DNA from: Blasia pusilla
Taxonomy: Eukaryota
Assembly (NCBI GenBank): GCA_050084515.1
Contig: CM114271.1
Coordinates: forward strand, 15,128,001-15,192,000
Direction: 5' to 3'
DNA length: 64,000 nt
The notes below the pieces were generated by a model, which worked only from the letters and a program-made list of their open reading frames with translations, had not been told where the DNA came from and searched no databases. The stretch's first letter is position 1; the number at the start of each line of letters is the position of its first letter. Below are positions 25,013 to 42,699 of this stretch, piece after piece. Both the position numbers and the translations under genes were made by a program.

Positions 25013-26949
25013 GTGTCAAGTGCAGGGTCACTTCAAAACCTTTCATTCAGAGAGAGAGAGGTAGGAAGCGGATGAATCTGAGAGCACGGGGCTCCTTCAT
25101 CTGGGTCGGAGAGTGAGAGCTTGCTATTTTTAGCTTCAAATCAGAGCATGAGATAGTATCCATACTATTTTTGAGCTTCAAATCAGAGAGAGATATAGCA
25201 GCCATACGCACTTGCTGTTTTTGAGCTTCAGATCAGATCAGAGAGATAGAAAATGTGGTCCAAATGAAGTGGGCGGGGCTTCTCCAAACTCATGGGCACT
25301 TGACAGTCCATCTTCAACATGTATTAGACCGTCTCATGGGGAGTGTGTTTATACACACACTACTGAGTGTTTGTATAAACACACTTCTGTGTGTACATAA
25401 AGCATGTGTACACGTGGAAGTGAATCCTCATGTAGAAAGTGTCATCATGCCATACATGAAAACTGGTCCATGGTAGAAAATAAAAATTGGAGTATAGAAC
25501 TGTTACTATTGTCAATGCAATGAAATAGTACAATAGATGGGTCCAAGTACTTCGTTGGTAGAGTATAATGACACGCCCATTATTATGCGAAGTATATTAC
25601 ATTATACTTCTATGCTGCTAGAGTCCTTCACCCAAGAGTACAAGTTGATGAACATTCATCTGCCTTGCTGTCACTCGAGGTCAATCAAGAAGTTATATGA
25701 GTCGGAATCATCTGAACTTGCAAAGGACTTCATTTGAAAGGGATGAGCCTTGCAAATTTTAGGTCCAAACGTATCCACGTCTGGATCTGGGGACGGCCAA
25801 GTTAAAGAGGTCTCTGGAGAAACCTTAGAGACCTCTTTCTTCATTGGGTATGACTTCACTTCTCTCTTGTAGTCAGAGTACCAAAATGAACTTGCGTGCA
25901 AAAATTCCATGTCTTCTGCATTGAGAAGCATGGGAGTAGGATAGTGCTTATTGTCATCTTCGAAAGATGTTGTGTCATCACGTAGACTCGAGAGGAAGTC
26001 TGTTGAGTAGGAACATTCTCCATCATTAGTAGTAACAAAATGCTTAGTCTCCTTCAAAGGCAATCTCTGTGGAACAGGAGGGATTTTGGGTGTGGGAGAG
26101 TGGTCATTTGCACTTGCAAACTCATTTTGTAGTTGGAAGAGTTGTGCTTGGACAAGCCTCCGAGATGGTCCTTCCGTTTGCTTCTCTTGGGTGCGTTTGA
26201 ACATTGGTAACGCTTGCACCCTCAAGACGCTCTTTCCTTTGCTGATAGTAGATTTCCGAGCAGTGACACGAGTAGTCATGGTTTAGAATAGTAGCACTTA
26301 CTAGAAATATGATGCAGATGTTATGTCCTCAAGCATTTCATAAGGGCTTCTTGAGAATGTTTCAAATTAATGAAATGAAATGAAATTTTTACATTTGTAA
26401 ATGGAATGTGGATGTAGTGGAATGAACTCACACCTATTGTGCTTGTTGGATCTTTTTGTTATAAGAAGGATGATACCGAGAACGTTTGAAGTCTTGGACA
26501 TGGGCCCACATGTGAATGCTCTGTAACGCGTATGGAGACTATACTGATATTCGTTGTTAGAGAACCACGTCGATAGGCACACAGAAAAAGATATGTAAGG
26601 AATGGTGCCAAAGAAAAAGCAGATTTTATAGTAGATTTTTCTCATCCCGTCGGTAGGGTTGGAGCAAGTAAGGTGGTACTTTTCAATTGCAACAACCCTA
26701 CATCTACTAAAAAAATGTTTAGGGCAAAAACAGTGTCTATATGCAAAAATGACGCCTTAATAAGAGAATAAAAGGTAATTGAAACAAAGTTTCAGATTTA
26801 TCAATATTGAATGAAAATGATAATCTGACATTCGATGAAAGTGGGTGCGGTAATATTGAAAGTGATCTGACATTCCGAGTGAGAATAAATGCATTGATGA
26901 TGATGAAATTCACACGTGTGAAGAAAGTGAGGAAGTCGTTGATAGAATG

Positions 26950-28900
26950 CACACGTGTGAACCACATGCTTTCCTATTCTGCTGAAAAAAAATGGTTCCC
27001 ACTTCTATGTGAGAAATATCTTTGGACCAATAAGGGATGAACATGTTTGAAGTCTTTTCTAGGTGTCAAAATTTGGGGCATGGACACAAAAAGAGGCTAA
27101 CGCGCTTAATAGTATGATAAGCAAATTAGTATATCTCGTATTCAAAGAAGGATTGCAAGAAATCATAGGCCGTAAGTATGTCAAGGACTCATCTTTCCAT
27201 TCTATAGTGACTTGGATCTTGAAAACCATAAATTCATTATTGATGGTTGCACCATCTAATAATGGCTTCTTAAACCTTCCATGTGAAGGATTTTCTTCTC
27301 CATAAAAAGTAGCCAAGGTTTCCATCACTTTCACACCCCAATCTTTCAAACCACGCATATGGGATGGCATATGAAGGGGATTGAGGATCCTCATTGCTCT
27401 GAGCAAACCATTGTCCTCAAATCTCTCTTGCAATGCTACACATATTGCCTTAGAAAAATTCCTCTAGTAGAAAACTACATCCTCCAAATCCTTACCTGAT
27501 ATTTCCCTCTCCATTTGGATGGAATGGAAGAAACACCCTCTAATTTCAGACTGTAGACACTTCAAATACCCATTAGTTGGCCCATAATTTGGAATTAAAT
27601 GGAAGCCCCTACAGTTGGATACTAGTTGGGCATTTATGTTTACACTCTCATGGATGTAATTCATTTGAACATGTGCAATCTCAATGTTAACAATGGAAGC
27701 CACAATAGTAACATCTACAAATTTCATATGAAATATTTTGGTGAGTGTGGCCATAGAATAAAGGATGTTAGCCAAAAAGTAAAGAAAATAAATCATTTTA
27801 AATTATCTTAACTTTGAAATAAAGAAGGTGCTATTCCATCATCATCATTGGGATCAATTCCTTGGAAGTACACTAAGACAAATTCCAAACTATCACATAG
27901 TGTTGTTATTGCTTGCCACCTACTAAGCCATATAATTTTATGATAACGTTTCATACACTTCCGAGAATCATTCAACTCTTACTAAATCGATGTCAATGTA
28001 GACTTTTTGTTTAGAGGTCCTCTTAAAGTAAAGAGAAACTAAGTTCAAAACATGGTCCATCTCATTACTCATTTCCTTACATATAGGACTTTTAGCTGCA
28101 GCAAGGGCAACTAGATTAGTCCTATGTGCCTCACAATGCACACTAGTCAAAAAAGGTTTGGAATTCCTCTTCAATCGAGCAAAAACCTCATTTTGTGACC
28201 CAATAATTGTATTGGCTCCATCGGAGCTAAACCCTACCAAACGATCAAAATCCAAATCGCATTCCCTCAAGAAAGATATGATACTATTTGAAATGGATTC
28301 TGCATCCTTGTTCTCAACTTGAATCAATCCAAGAAAGGATGTGACTACCTACCCCTCATATATGTAAATAGCAAAGGCTACAAGATGACCTGTTACAAAG
28401 ATATCAGTACTATCATCAACCATAAGTCCATAAAATGGGCAAAGTCTTAATCTATTTAAGACTCTTTTCTACACAACCTGACTTATGCATATTATCATTG
28501 ATGCAAAAGCTTTGTCACCTTGGTACATGGTCTTAGTTATGTTGGTAGAAACAACCTTGAGTAGCTCACAAAGACTCGTAAAACATGAGATTGCTATATT
28601 CTGCTTAGCAACAAAGAAAGCAGCTCCAGGGAGGGTTAACAAGGCTTCATCACATGCCGTGTAGAATGAGGCTATGGCTTTTCGAGGTCTTTTTACCCAT
28701 AGTGGTAAGCCCAGGTTAATCTACCATGTTCCTTGGATTTCCCATGATCTATGAAAGTTCATACTTTCACATTCATGGCTCCATGAGTGGCGATGGCTGA
28801 TATTCCCTTACTATCTCTACATATCTTTCAAAATACTCGTCCGGTATGGGACTCAAATTCTACACATTCAAATGCGGAATACCATGCGTCTCAAAGGGAG
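26950..28900 (-). mobile_element. Decayed hAT-superfamily (ZNF862/ZBED-like) transposase
   Basis: Minus-strand fragments FYGLMVDDSTDI (~28400-28440), LVGFSSDGANTIIG, LTSVHCEAHRTNL (CxxH), YFLANILYSMATLTKIF and LQERFEDNGLLRAMRILNP, with stops and frameshifts. No TIRs identified. Confidence 0.85.
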
Positions 28901-29749
28901 TGGAGGTTTAGAGTAGACTTAATGCAAAAAACCTACAAGGTAGAAGGATGAGGGTAGTAAAGTTCTCACAACAATGTATCAACAATAATGCCATCAAGCT
29001 TGCAAGGGAGAAATAAGGAGTGAGCATACAAGGGAGGGTGAGCTCCGCCTACTAGTCAAATTTGAAAGACTAAGAAGTTTGCCAGCTGGCAACGAGAGAT
29101 ATTTCAAACTTGAAGCCTTTTGTTCGAGCCTTCTATCTAAGACGCAAAAAGAGAGAGACAAACCACTGATTTGCAGCAAGAGAGAGTCAAGGACTCGGGC
29201 ATAATCTTAGCTTCTTCCACTGCTCTGCAATATCAAATGAACACAAACAGAGACAACTTGTAGCCACAGTTTCAAAAAAGTGCAACATGGGAGAGTATGA
29301 GAGAGTTAGGTGTCACAGTGGCCCCACATATGCCTAGAGAGAGAGAGAGAGAGAGAACTGACATAGAGCTTCCAAACCTTTGAGAATCCAAATTAAAAAT
29401 GCAATTTCACGTGTCAAGATGTCAAAGCAGAGAGATGCAGAGAGTACAAGAAAAAGGTAGAGCTACCGAAGCCTGATTTTTCCTGAGTCAAGGATCGAGA
29501 ATCCACGACTACAAGAGATCAAAGCACAAGAGCGATTGGGGCATGAGAGAACAGAGCGTGAGTCGCGAGAGATTGGGACACTAGGGATCCGGGACTAAGT
29601 CGAGTAAAGAAAATCAAGGCATAAAGTAAGGCTCCCTCGCTAGCTATGGGAAACTACCCCCATGCTCAGAACCCAATCTAGAGCCTGAAACTTCAGCAAA
29701 CCCTAGCAACTAGCGGTTGCAGATCCCATGTCGTGCGCCTACTCTCCTT

Positions 29750-32700
29750 GAACGTTAATCTTGTTGTTGCGGAAGCATGCGTTCAATAGGTCACGCTCTC
29801 AACGCTGATCTGCATCCAAACACACACTGTGGTTAGTCGGGTCTTGGATCAATGAGCGGGCTAACTTTCTGAGTTCTCGTCTTGGTCTCTCATCAAGCTC
29901 ACCCTTCCTAGTTTCGCGGTTTACAACACGGGCAAGTTTCAAAAGACTTGGGAAAGACTTTCTAGTTGGTTTAGGAACCTCAAACGGCGTTTCACGCTTG
30001 GTGGTTCCAACTGTCCAATAGAAATCCAATGAGTCCCTAACCGAGACTCACACAAAGTGAATCTCGGGTTGGAATCCAAGTGTGGCGTACAAAGTCCACT
30101 CCCTTGGATCAGGTTTGGGTTTCGAGTTCCAATGCCAAACTCTCGTTCCATCCCGTGTGTTGTGTACATACAAATCGCTACACAACATACATCGCTGTCA
30201 TCGAACACACACAAAAACACACACGATCCCATGCTAACTCATGGCATCCATACACAGAGGCGAGAAGTACCAAAATATCTCCAATAAAGTAAGATCCAAT
30301 CTCTCTCTACACCATCTCACACCATAGCTCTTAAAGGTCTGCACTATCTCTCATGTCAAACCAAACCCACTCTCCTAATGAGAGGCTTGGGTTACACTCA
30401 CATGGCAAGGGACCATAGCTCCGTCGCCTCATGCCAAGAGGTTCAACAAAGAGAGAATGAGCTCTCAAACTCTCTCTCCTTGAGGTATACCCCTCCCCTC
30501 TCCCAAGCTCTCTCCATGGTAACCTATGCTCCCAAGTCACCTCCTTGGCTCTTGACCTGATGTAGGAGGTTAAGAGCCACCTACCAAAAATAGAAAGTCC
30601 ACTATCCCCAACATGGAAACTTACCCGAAATAGTAAGTTTCTCTATGTGGCTCCAAATGAGCCGAAACAAAGGGGAAACCTGCTCTCTCAAGTTTCTCGG
30701 GGCCTCAGCAAGTCATTCTGACCTCATGGGTCTGTCCTCCACTACTCGTGAAGACACTCTACTAGATCCCACCGATCTATCATAACAGCCGTGACACGTG
30801 CTTCTAAGACATCGTTTGGCGCTCAAAGTGGGGATTCGTGCTCCAAGACATCTTGGAGAGACTCCTCCCTTACTAGTACTTCTGGGGATCTTCGGGGTCC
30901 CCCTACCTTTAGGGAAAGACACCCGTGCCTCTCCAACTGGCCCTCAACCCGATTGCTCTCACAATTGTTTTAGGCCAATATCACAGCTTGTACTTATGCG
31001 TTTGCTAAGATCTTTGGTGTGTTGGAAGCGTCTCAACATAAGCTTTCCAACACGCTCTTACTTTTTGCAAACGCATCTTGGGGCTAGACGTTATGGTCCA
31101 AAACAAAGTAAAATTCCCCAAACGCTAGTCGTGTTCCACAACTGGTTCTCACCTCCTTGGCAACCAACCTTCCAAGACTCAACTCATCTCAAGTCTTGGC
31201 TTGCGTTTGGTCTAGGTTTCCTGGTCGCGACCACTAACGCATGAAACACACAACTCTATTCCGTGTTTCGTCTCTTGGACTTTTCCAAGAGACCTTTCCA
31301 AATGCCTCTCCAAAGCTTAAACATCGCAGCGTGAATCCACTTGAGTTCTGATGTTCTACTTGGCGCCTATTTGGTGTTTTTTGGTTATGAGGGTCGCGAC
31401 ACCCGGAATCCACAAATCCACCCTAAACAAACCCTAAAGAGGTAGTAGAGCCGCAAGGCCCGCAACACGCTCCCCTTCCCCTTCCGATTTGTGAATCTCG
31501 AATGATCTAGACTGGGCTTCATCTGCCTCTTGGGCCCTACACCCACGCGGGCTCCCCATTCCTCCCCCGCATGCAACCGACACCTTGCATTTCTTGGAAG
31601 ATTCTTGCCATTAGCCACTTTCCCTATCAAAAAATTAACCGGTAGCTCGACAATTGCAGCATCTTTTTTCCCGACATTATACATTCTAGAAGGCGCATTG
31701 GCGGTTTAGAGCATTCCTGTTTCAGCTGTTATCCCAAATTCATGAAGCCAAGTCCTGTTCTTGGTCTCTTGAAATCGAAAACCTTCACACGGAACGCCGG
31801 TTCTATTTTAACCTTGGTGGGAGGTGTTTCATTTATTTTTAACCATTGGTTGCCATGCAACCATTTCTCCAAATTAGTTAGATGAGACCCTCTATTTAGA
31901 TGTGACAAGTATCACAATATATATGAGGTAATTGGAAAGGATGGATGTTGTGTTGGAGTCTCTTGTTCATAAGGGATGTTGCTCTTCATATTATAGATTT
32001 GTACAATGGATTTAGCAAAAAATTATGGAAATCATTTTGCAATCCTTTTTTCTACTTCTTTCCAAATTTTCATCACGTGATGTCCTCGCTCTATCCGACG
32101 CATCTAATGGTTATTTTCACTCTCCTAAGCACTCTCCACCAAGTTGTAGAAGAAGTTTTAATTTTATTTATTGTCTTAGCTCCTCCCCCCCCCCTTGCGA
32201 GCCCCTTTCTCTTAATCCTCCTCCGACCTTCAAGTGCACAAGACATTTATTGCGTGCAGACAATAAATGTTATCAATTCTAGTATATCCCTTAGTGGTTA
32301 GGAGAGGTAGCGGAGAAGATGGAAGGTAGTGATTCAAGATCAAAAGCGAAAAGACTTTGGGAAAAGAGTCTAACATCAACTTTTGGATAGATGAAACTAC
32401 GTAGTGGTCAAATCTTATGGAGAATTGCATCCATATTTTTGGATGTCATTTTTCAAGGACATGGAACTACTAAATATTATGGAGATTGTATTTTCTCGAC
32501 TACTAATAGGGATAGAGGTGTCAATGCATCTCCAATGCAAGTTCATTTTTGCCAAGAGCGGAAACTTTGTGATTCCTTTGCGATCGTCAATTTTCAAATC
32601 ATGTTTGTGCAAATCCATTGTAGTTTTATGGAGCTTTGCCAGTCAACGTTTTTTTGCAAGTCATGATAACTATTTTCCATTTGTGACTGTAACAACTTAT

Positions 32701-34400
32701 ATTGAGCTTGCAATAGACTCTCAAATGTGATTGCAAGTCTGACTCAAAAATGGATCGCAAATAGTTGCTATTGACACTTGCAGTGCTTTGCGACTATGGG
32801 ATGTCATATTTGAGTTGTAATAGACTTGTAATTGAACTTTTGGATTGGAAAATAGCAAATCCTCTTCCATTAATCATAAAAGGCTCTCTAGCTAAGAGGG
32901 GTGGGGTTCTCATTTCGTGCTCGTGATTTCTGTTTGGTACCAGAGAAGATGGGGAGTGTTTTGAAGAGTCAAGAAGGGGACAAGGTTGTGTTTGAAAATG
33001 ACGTGGCTATTGGGGGGCGCAATAAGGTATAAGGAGTTCTATTTTCATTTGTTCATTTGGTGAGAGGAATGTACTCACACATACGAATGAAGTTCTAATT
33101 TCAATCATAGTACCTCCAAAAACATTGAATGACATCTCAATCTACGAAGACTACATTGCGTTTAAAAGCGAGCATATGGTGGGAAGACTTTGAAACTACA
33201 AGAACACAAAAAGGAGGAAATATATGCTTGATGTGAAAGAGCCTCTAATCTTTGAGGAGTATTGTGGTGAGATATATGCAACACAATCGGAAGAATTATG
33301 ATAGACTCAATGTCTGAGCAAGCATACCGATTGATGCAATTATGAAAACTCATCAACAATTCAAAAATGATTGTTGTATGAATGTGAGGCGGACTAGGGA
33401 CTCACTTGATTGTACATATAAATTATCCATTGGATTGTAATAAAATGATGCAATGTTCGCGTGATGTGTTGTGTTAGTCATTCTACATAGCCACACACTA
33501 TCCACTTTGCGAAGCTTGTATACTCCTAGGGATGCGTGTCACAACATACTTCCACCCATGAAGGGACGGATGAAGACTTAGATTGACTTACCTCCCTATA
33601 GGTACTTCCGGGGTTCTCCAAGGGAACCCCACCTTTCCCATTGTCCCCCCTCAAGTTCTTCATTTCGGCCCTCAATCCAAATATGGTTCGCGACCCACAG
33701 ACTAATGTTTGACTAATTATCCATCAAGATGGCGTGGCGGAGGCTTCTTGTAGGTTATGAAAATCTTGGCTCCCCAAACGTATCTTAGAGCTTAGACCCG
33801 CATTTCATGTGTCTCATGGCTAGCCCCCATCTTGAATCTGCGTTTGGCATCTCATGGTTGTCTTGCTGGCCTCTGTGATTTGTGACTAGTCTCATGGTGT
33901 CTCGCCCATCTTGACAACTCTCATGTTCCTTGCTTCTTGTCCCTGACTTGGCACTTGGCTCAAAGGTCTCACCTTGCTTTCCTTGCCTTTGTCTCAACAA
34001 GTAGTTACACCCCTTTCTCACCTAAGGCTAGTCACTAGACACGTATGCGTCTCGCATAGAATTAGTCTTACGGTTGGTTCTACCGCCCTTCCTAGTCTTG
34101 CAACTAGCTAGTCTAGGTTTCAACTTTGGTGGGTTACACTATCGTCTTTCCTCCTTGGATCCATGATCATGACTCAATTCTTGGATTCCCGATAGCATGG
34201 GCTCAATAGACTTAGCTATCCACGATATAAATTGATCCTCAATATGAGGGAAGATAGGTTTGAAGTATATTGACAACATTCTTCACTAGCCCATGCTTGG
34301 AAGACTCAATTGTGGAAAGAAAAGCCTCTCCAAGCCTCCTCTTGGGATATAACCCTCTCAAGGCCCCAAGAAGGTGACTTATATGCACAAGTCACATTAA
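29750..34400. mobile_element. Degenerate, probably nested LTR-retrotransposon-like debris
   Basis: LTR-end-like motifs (TATCATAACA ~30788; GTGTCACAACA ~33545 next to a purine-rich tract on the minus strand), a PBS-Met-like TGGTACCAGAG (~32935) and a gag-start-like MKLRSG (32391). No intact gag/pol and no paired LTRs found. Confidence 0.3.
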
Positions 34401-34600
34401 CATGTACAATAAACACATAACACATAAAAAAAACCTCTAAGAGGGTTCTAGAAAAGACCTTAGAGGGGTTTGCCTCTTTAAGGTTTTTTCATTTTGACAC
34501 ATGCCAAAATGTCAATTTTATCCTCTCCACACCTCTAGGGTTCTAGAAAAGACCTTAGAGGGTGTCATTCCTTAGTCTAAATGGGGATAGATATTTATGT

Positions 34601-34603
<3 letters not shown>

Positions 34604-34683
<80 letters not shown>

Positions 34684-34720
34684 GTGGGTGGGTGGGGGGT
34701 GGGTGGGTGGGTGTGGGTGT
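34604..34720. repeat. Compound microsatellite (GA)n-(GT)n-(GGGT)n
   Basis: Seen directly in sequence. Confidence 0.95.
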
Positions 34721-36863
34721 GTTTACTTCCAGAAAAATAGTTCTTGAGTTTTGGGGATCCTTTCTTGTTTCTAAATATCCAGTCTAAGGTTTTTAGTTTT
34801 AGCCCTTAACCTAATAAGTGGATCATGTCTCTCAACTATGTGTGTTGGTTTACTTGGCCCCACGGCAACTTAGGTGAGTCTCATGACTAATATTGTCCTT
34901 GAAAATTCATCATAATGCCTCACCCATTATTTTGTACGTCTTCTAACTAATTGGGCATCTTGATTCCTAATGTTGATGGGAGTTCTTGATGTTGTTTGTT
35001 AGGTGTAACTAGTCTCAAGGCATTATTGACCATCTTGATTAGTCTCAAACTTTTCCCCCAAAAGTCTTTCCGTATTTGATGTATTTCCCATCAATAATAT
35101 GGATAAAATACATCAAATACGACGTTATCCACTCTCAAACTTTTCCCCAAAACTAAACCCTCAATTTTCCAACCATCCATATGATCTCATCTTGTCACTT
35201 AGTCCCTACGAGTGGTTTTAGCTCTTGCAAATAAGGTATGTCTATTGGAGAATGTGTGTCTAACTAGTCATAGATGCACGATATTCGTTGTTCCTTTTGG
35301 TATCTTGAGGTTTATCTCATGGTATGCTTCCTCCTCTCAATTAACTTGCAAGACTAACCCCTCAATCCACATGAATCAGCCTAACAATTGTCATGACCCA
35401 CAACACATCTCATGACTTGTGCAATTCATGCTTTTGGTTTCCCAAACAACCCACCACCTCTTTTATCTTACAATTAGTCTAGAATAGATTTTGCTGGATA
35501 ACATGGTTCTTCCCTTGACTTGTGATCCAAACTTGCCTATGGTGTCTCTTTTAGCATGCACGTTTGAGACTTAACTATTCGTGACATCAATAATATGGAT
35601 AAAATACATCAAATACGACGTTATCCACTTAAATTTGTATTTTTGTGAAACCTTGAGTCATGTGTTACAATTCTAAGTTATACTACAAGGATACATCTAT
35701 AAAGGAAGTCATTATATTCTCCACCATAAAGTTGACGCATGATATAATCAAGTTAACCAATACTTTAAAAGTTTGTCTACATCATTAAAGAATTCGGATC
35801 AAGAATCTCTACAATAGATTTTTAAAATGAGATAGGCAAAATTTCAGGCACCTGTTGTTGTGTACTAGAAAAGGGAAATAGATATGAAATAAATTAAAGT
35901 TCAAATGAACAAAACTTGGATCATGTGCATCCACTGATATGAAATAATCAATTGTAAATGGGTTTACGTTAGATTTTTTTTTGCTAAAATAGAGTCCAAA
36001 AAATTCAGACTTTCTTTGCCAAAAATTATGTCTTGCATACACATGCAGAATTTTTTTTCCTTAGAAATAGTTGTAGAAATTACACCACAAAAGAAACCCT
36101 TGATTTTACCTCGCCGAAATTTCACATCCTTTGTGTTAATTAATTTTTCTATTTGCACTTCTTATTTACATTGTCATTTCTTCCATGGCCAACATGAAAT
36201 ACCATCCATCTTAAACTATAGAATTAGGAACATTAGAGATTAAAGAGTGTAGAACATGTTATGATCAATACGTATCTTAACTTAAACCAGTAAACGTGCC
36301 TCTACGATGCACACTAACAAGTTAGCACCTTCCATGTTTATCCACTTCACATAACTATCATCTAAGATCATGGGTCCATGCAAATTTGTAACAACTCCAC
36401 TAAAAATACCTACGGTTGTCGAAGCCCAAATCTCGTAGATAAAATCGTCCACGGACATAGAATCCAATCTTAGTAAGGTTTGAACCTACTATTTTTTTTT
36501 TTTTTTTTTTTTTCCTTTTTTAAGAAAGGTTTCAATTTTTGGGAATGAAAGTTAATTTTTTCCCTCAATCTTACTTATTAAAGAAACTTAAACTATTTGA
36601 TGAAAAGTTTTGAATGGGATACGTTTAGGCTAGAACCTCTCAACTACTTTGAGTGGAAATAGGTAAGATTTCCGATATGAAAGAAAAATTTGAAATCACC
36701 TTTTTATGGTATCGTACTAGTTAAGACCCACAAGGGACCTACCCTCCCCGTATTCCTTGCCTCGTGGTGAATTCTCCATGAGAAAAACGTTTCCTCTATT
36801 AATTATACCTGCTCCTCCTATACGTATACGCCCCTGGCCTGCCCCGTGGTCAGATGTTTCGGA

Positions 36864-36872
36864 ACACGTGTC
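36864..36872 (+). promoter_or_regulatory. G-box/ABRE-like motif ACACGTGTC about 600 bp upstream of the enolase ATG
   Basis: CACGTG at 36865-36870, flanked by TTCGGAA/TTCCGAA. Short motif that could occur by chance. Confidence 0.25.
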
Positions 36873-37454
36873 GTATTCCGAAGCTGTCGCCATTTCAAAA
36901 TAGACCCCTCCGCAAATTATAGTTTATGTTAGTGGCCTCACCGGAGTCGCCGTCGATTGAGCTGTTCGCCGCCGTCTACTGTTCTTACTGTCCCGTCGCG
37001 ACCGTCGGGAGGTGCACGCTGTCCTGGATCCGGGGCTCCGATTCGCCGTTGTCCTCGGTAAAGCCGCTCGCTGGCCTTTAGGGCCTTTACTCAGTCCTCC
37101 CCCCCCGTCGTCATTCCGTAGTCCAGCGTTCCGCTCCGGAGCCGTTTCCTTCCATCCATCGACACGCTACTACTGTACCCTGCACAGGACTAGGCAGTCC
37201 CGTGTGGGAGTGCACAGGACTCTGCAGTTCCTTCCTTAGGAGCTCAGACGGGCGGAGCGGACACAGCAATTTCAGAGGAGAGCAGAGGCGTACTGGGCCG
37301 AGGAGCTTCAGAGGAACGCGCAGAAGCTCAGGAGAATTGAGGAGAGTGCAGTGGTGCGTTGGCCAGACTTCGATAATTTCTGGCATTGGGAGTGTTTGGC
37401 AGGAGTGGAGGTGGTTGGTTGGTTGGGAGTTTCGTGGATTGATCGACTGATTGA

Positions 37455-40459
<3,005 letters not shown>

Positions 40460-42375
40460 GTGAACCATATTAGCTGTTAATATTATTCTGTGGATCATTC
40501 CACTTTTTATACCAGCGGGAGAAAGTTTTACAACTTATCATTGATAATGAGTGTACTCCACATGAGGCCATGTGAGTGGGGAGGTAGCAGTCATTTTCAG
40601 GGAGAGCTTCTGAGTGACCACCATTGTATGGTAATTTTTCAAAAGCCTTGGGTAAGTGAGAACAATTCTCATCTCTGCCAATCCTAGTGAGGATCAATTT
40701 TGATCGTCTGTTTCAAGCAATGATAGGCTTGATACTAGAGGACAGTGTACCACTCGAGTAATATACGAGGAGCCCTGCAGCTAAACACCACCATTCAGTT
40801 ATGAATGTAAAGCCTTTGAGTAATGTTTGGTGCGGTTTTGTTTTTTTCTCTTACCATGAGTATGCACCCATTTTGGTTAAACCTGTCTGCATGTTTAGTT
40901 AAAGAGCAAATATGGTGACCTAGTGATGCCAGTAGGCCTTGTAGTTTGGCAGGCTTTGTCAGATCATTAATGCTGTGCCATTTCTTACTTCAAGAGGAGA
41001 ATCTGCTTACATGTATTTTCCTTGCACAAATGGATTGCCTTCAGTAATTATTCAGCTTCAATTATGCCGACGCATAGTATAGATCATAGCAATGGTTGTG
41101 GTTCTGTATTCTGTTATTACCTTTTTGCAGAAGTGTGTAGCTTGGATGGATAACAAGTTGATGGTGGGTGGTACTGAGACCAGACAACTACTTTCCAAAA
41201 TGGTTATCTGGATTGGTGCCTGTCTGGTGACAATCACGAAGACAATTTTGGCAAGTGGTTGTCCTGTCTAAGTAATCACAGCAACAATGAAGCGAAAAGA
41301 TGAGAAAGGACTGAAAGTGCGACGGTGTCAACAAGGAAAGATGCCCATCATGGTGTGTAAATTGGGGTTATTCATCTCAGCGTCTCGTTGCCAAGAGTTG
41401 TTGGTTTTAGGTTGACTTGAGGATGAGCTGGGTTTCCAAACAGTTCAAGTAGTGCAAATAGGAAAGGAAGGGTCAATGAGATTTGTAGAAGTACATAGGT
41501 TGACAAAGAAACACATGGGTCAGTTTGGAAATATTGTGAAATCTACTTTCACTCATTGTGAACTAGTGAGATTCCCATCGGGGATAAAATTTGGTAAATT
41601 AATAATGTGTACATACCAAAAAAAATTTGTTACTTCCATTTCATGCAACAATATATACCGGAACTTGTCTATTTTTCTTTCTTGAATGCACAAATGCTCC
41701 CAATCGTAATGTGCATGATATGCGAGTGTAGAATTTGAAGCGGGGCCCCATGTGTCTTTCATGGAGATGCATGCAAGAAGCTGCAATGGATGAGGAGTAT
41801 CACCTCGAAACCAGTAAACAGTAGAGCTTGTTTAGTAGCAACTCTTCGAGCAAGCGGAAAGCTTTATGAAGTAACCAAGAAATGTAGCCTTACTACACGA
41901 CACCTTTTTGTTTAAATTTTCGCAATGACATGAAGACCTTGAATATTCGTTTTGAAGGGGAATGAATGGCCCTACTAAATCTAATTTGCATACCGACACA
42001 ATACAATTGAGTCTACGATGCATTTAAAGATGCCCTCAATCAACACTCCTAAGGAAGATGTGGAGTAAATAATCTTAACGAACCTACTACCACAGGTGAA
42101 AATTTTAAGTTGAAAATTGAAGATACGAAATAAACGCCCTTAAGCTATCACACCTGGCGCACACTGATTCATAAATGTCTACCTTTGTGGGTGATAGGTG
42201 TCGAGGTATATGGTGTTTGAAAACCGAAAAGAGTAGATGGTAGATCGAGGACCATCAACCTCATGAGGGCAAATACAAAAATAGAGTATCCCCATAAATC
42301 AAGGTAGTCTAAGGTCAATTGTGATAGTTTTCTCCGTCTACATCTAGACAATTATTGACTTTAAGTGTTAATTGG

Positions 42376-42680
42376 CGAAGGCCATACTTTGTCCCGGAAT
42401 CGCATTGAAGGCGCCTAGGGTAGCGTCTACCTCGAGCTGGGTCGGGCCTAGGTGTCAGGTTTGGGAGCCCCGGGATGGAGAGGTCGCGACGGAGGGTAAA
42501 GAGGTCACGACGGAGGGTAAAGAGGTCGCGGCGGAAGACATGGAGGACGCGTTCCGGAGACGGACGGATCTAAACGGACGCCGTCCGGAGACGGACGGAT
42601 CTAAACGGACGGCGCTGAACGGACGGGACGGGAGGGTAGGGAGGACGGGGAGGGACGGACAACGTCCGTTCTTTACGGCG
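42376..42680 (+). repeat. Left terminal inverted repeat of the MULE
   Basis: Inverted match to 54860-55098; includes internal short duplications (GAGGGTAAAGAGGTC, CCGGAGACGGACGGATCTAAACGGACG). Confidence 0.9.
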
Positions 42681-42699
42681 TTAGGGCTCTCGCGGCTGG

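Noticed and set aside
25013-31912. GTGTCAAG/GTGACAAG as a TSD defining a full hAT element
   Set aside because: Imperfect match and no terminal inverted repeats inside them.
29750-34400. An intact LTR retrotransposon
   Set aside because: No paired LTRs, no TSD and no recognisable RT/integrase; only ambiguous fragments.
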